Source of the DNA: a virus
Lineage: Duplodnaviria > Heunggongvirae > Uroviricota > Caudoviricetes
DNA: 26,754 bases
IMG/VR virus record: IMGVR_UViG_3300035182_000695
Coordinates: 1 to 26,754 of that record
Direction: 5' to 3' (one strand)
A model generated the notes under the pieces. That model had not been told where the DNA came from and searched no databases. It worked only from the letters and a program-made list of their open reading frames with translations. Shown here one piece after another: positions 25,621-26,754 of this stretch. The translations under genes were made by a program, and so were the position numbers. Positions within the stretch are counted from its first letter, which is position 1. The number at the start of each line of letters is the position of its first letter.

Positions 25621-25669
25621 TATCGCACAACAATTAAAACTAAAAATGATTTTCAAAAAAAATATTTAA

Positions 25670-26754
25670 AAAAACGCCTTCAAACAATTGGTAACTCTTG
25701 TCATTTTTGGCTTTTGTTGTGCAAAACCGATTGCAAGAAGGCTGTTTTTAATAAATGCTAAAATCGTACAAATACAGGATATACCCAACAGATGAACAGA
25801 AGCAAAAATTAGCTTCTTACTTCGGCTGTTGCCGATTTGTGTATAACATTGGACTTGAAACGAAAATTGCGGCTTGGAATTCAGCCAAAGTTAATTATAA
25901 CTCATTTGATTTATCAAAACAATTAACTGAACTTAAAAACACGGATGCGAAATGGCTATGCGAATGCCCCGCACAATCATTACAACAATCTCTTCGGAAT
26001 TTAGATAAAGCTTACTGTAATTTCTTTACTTGTAAAGGGTTTCCTAAATTTAAAAACAAACACTCAAAACAGTCAGTTCAGTTCGCTCAATATGTTAAAG
26101 TGAATTTACAGGATTCAACCGTGTTTTTACCGAAATTAAAAGGCGTTTCTGCGAATTTTCATCGTAAATTTAAAGGCGAAATAAAAACAGTTACAGTTTC
26201 AAAAACTACTACTGATAAATATTTTGTGAGCATTTTAGTTGATAATAAAATCGAGCTTCCGAAGAAAAAACCAATCAAAGAAAAAACAGCGATTGGCATT
26301 GATTTAGGCATCAAAGATTTAGCAATTTTATCTGATGAAACAGTTTTTGAAAACAAAAAGTTTCTAAGAAATTCACTCGCAAATTTAAGAGTTCAACAGC
26401 GTTCGCTATCAAGAAAAAAGAAAACGAGTAATCAATATAAAAAACAAAAGCTAGTCTTAGCAAAGCTTCACGAGAGAATTAAAAATCAGCGTGAAGATTA
26501 TTTACACAAAGTAACAACTTCGATAATCAAGAAGTATGATACAATTGTGTTGGAAAATTTGAATGTGACAGGTATGGTTAAGAATCACAATTTAGCATTA
26601 TCCATAAGTGATATGGGTTGGTCAAACTTCAATCGAATGCTGGACTACAAAGCTGAGTGGTACGGAAAAAATATTATCCGCATCGGAAGATTTGAGCCCT
26701 CAAGCAAAACCTGCTCAGAATGCGGCAAAATAAACAAAGAATTAAAGCTATCTG
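25670..26754 (+). mobile_element. IS200/IS605-family tnpB-only element 2, truncated by the window end
   Basis: Structured leader 25670-25749 followed by tnpB; no tnpA upstream. Confidence 0.7.
25755..26754 (+). CDS. tnpB: RNA-guided endonuclease TnpB, 3' end beyond the window (absent from the ORF track)
   Basis: Hand translation: MLKSYKYRIYPTDEQKQKL...GIDLGIKDLAILSD...IVLENLNV...GRFEPSSKTCSECG. Confidence 0.95.
   Translation, partial: MLKSYKYRIYPTDEQKQKLASYFGCCRFVYNIGLETKIAAWNSAKVNYNSFDLSKQLTELKNTDAKWLCECPAQSLQQSLRNLDKAYCNFFTCKGFPKFKNKHSKQSVQFAQYVKVNLQDSTVFLPKLKGVSANFHRKFKGEIKTVTVSKTTTDKYFVSILVDNKIELPKKKPIKEKTAIGIDLGIKDLAILSDETVFENKKFLRNSLANLRVQQRSLSRKKKTSNQYKKQKLVLAKLHERIKNQREDYLHKVTTSIIKKYDTIVLENLNVTGMVKNHNLALSISDMGWSNFNRMLDYKAEWYGKNIIRIGRFEPSSKTCSECGKINKELKLS

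Noticed and set aside
25646-25669. Micro-ORF MIFKKNI upstream of tnpB2 (and a similar one at 268-309 upstream of tnpB1)
   Set aside because: Too short, and expected by chance in AT-rich DNA; an interrupted-gene remnant cannot be shown without an empty-site allele
1365-26356. All minus-strand ORFs in the track (e.g. 5132-5449, 14233-14640, 21790-22113, 26159-26356)
   Set aside because: Each is an antisense shadow of a better-supported + strand gene, with S/L/F/I-rich non-protein-like composition
332-26754. Composite transposon formed by the two tnpB elements
   Set aside because: The elements differ in sequence and ends and no tnpA is seen; co-mobilising 24 kb is unsupported
1-26754. tRNA, rRNA, capsid, terminase, polymerase or integrase genes
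   Set aside because: No supporting motifs seen; phage identity is inferred from gene organisation and family motifs only

Overview
A strongly AT-rich window of about 63 tightly packed genes, all on the + strand and mostly short hypotheticals. There are no Shine-Dalgarno sequences: leaders are A-rich, and promoters match the Bacteroidota consensus TTTG-N19-TAnnTTTG. This best fits the early/accessory region of a large Bacteroidota (Flavobacteriia-like) phage, though no structural, replication or integrase genes are visible to confirm it. Two different tnpB-only IS200/IS605 (IS1341-type) elements sit at the ends: 332-1594 is complete with an omegaRNA/right end at about 1604, and 25755 runs off the window. 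Recognisable cargo is limited to a DUF3820-like protein, a 708-aa protein with a YfaP/DUF2135-like domain plus a small partner, a DUF4343-type ATP-grasp protein, two lipoproteins and several membrane or Zn-ribbon proteins. The structure not explained by annotation is: (i) two attC-like TAAC...GTTA hairpins flanking a one-gene cassette that encodes a very acidic 80-aa protein and has complementary ends; (ii) three copies of a roughly 110-bp operator-promoter-operator-leader module with exact spacing, each ahead of unrelated genes; (iii) a seven-member dispersed paralog family with a constant YQYLQSKGYALP tail and variable cores, one copy frameshifted; (iv) a tandem triplet of a second family. 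Family names come from motif recognition, not database searches.
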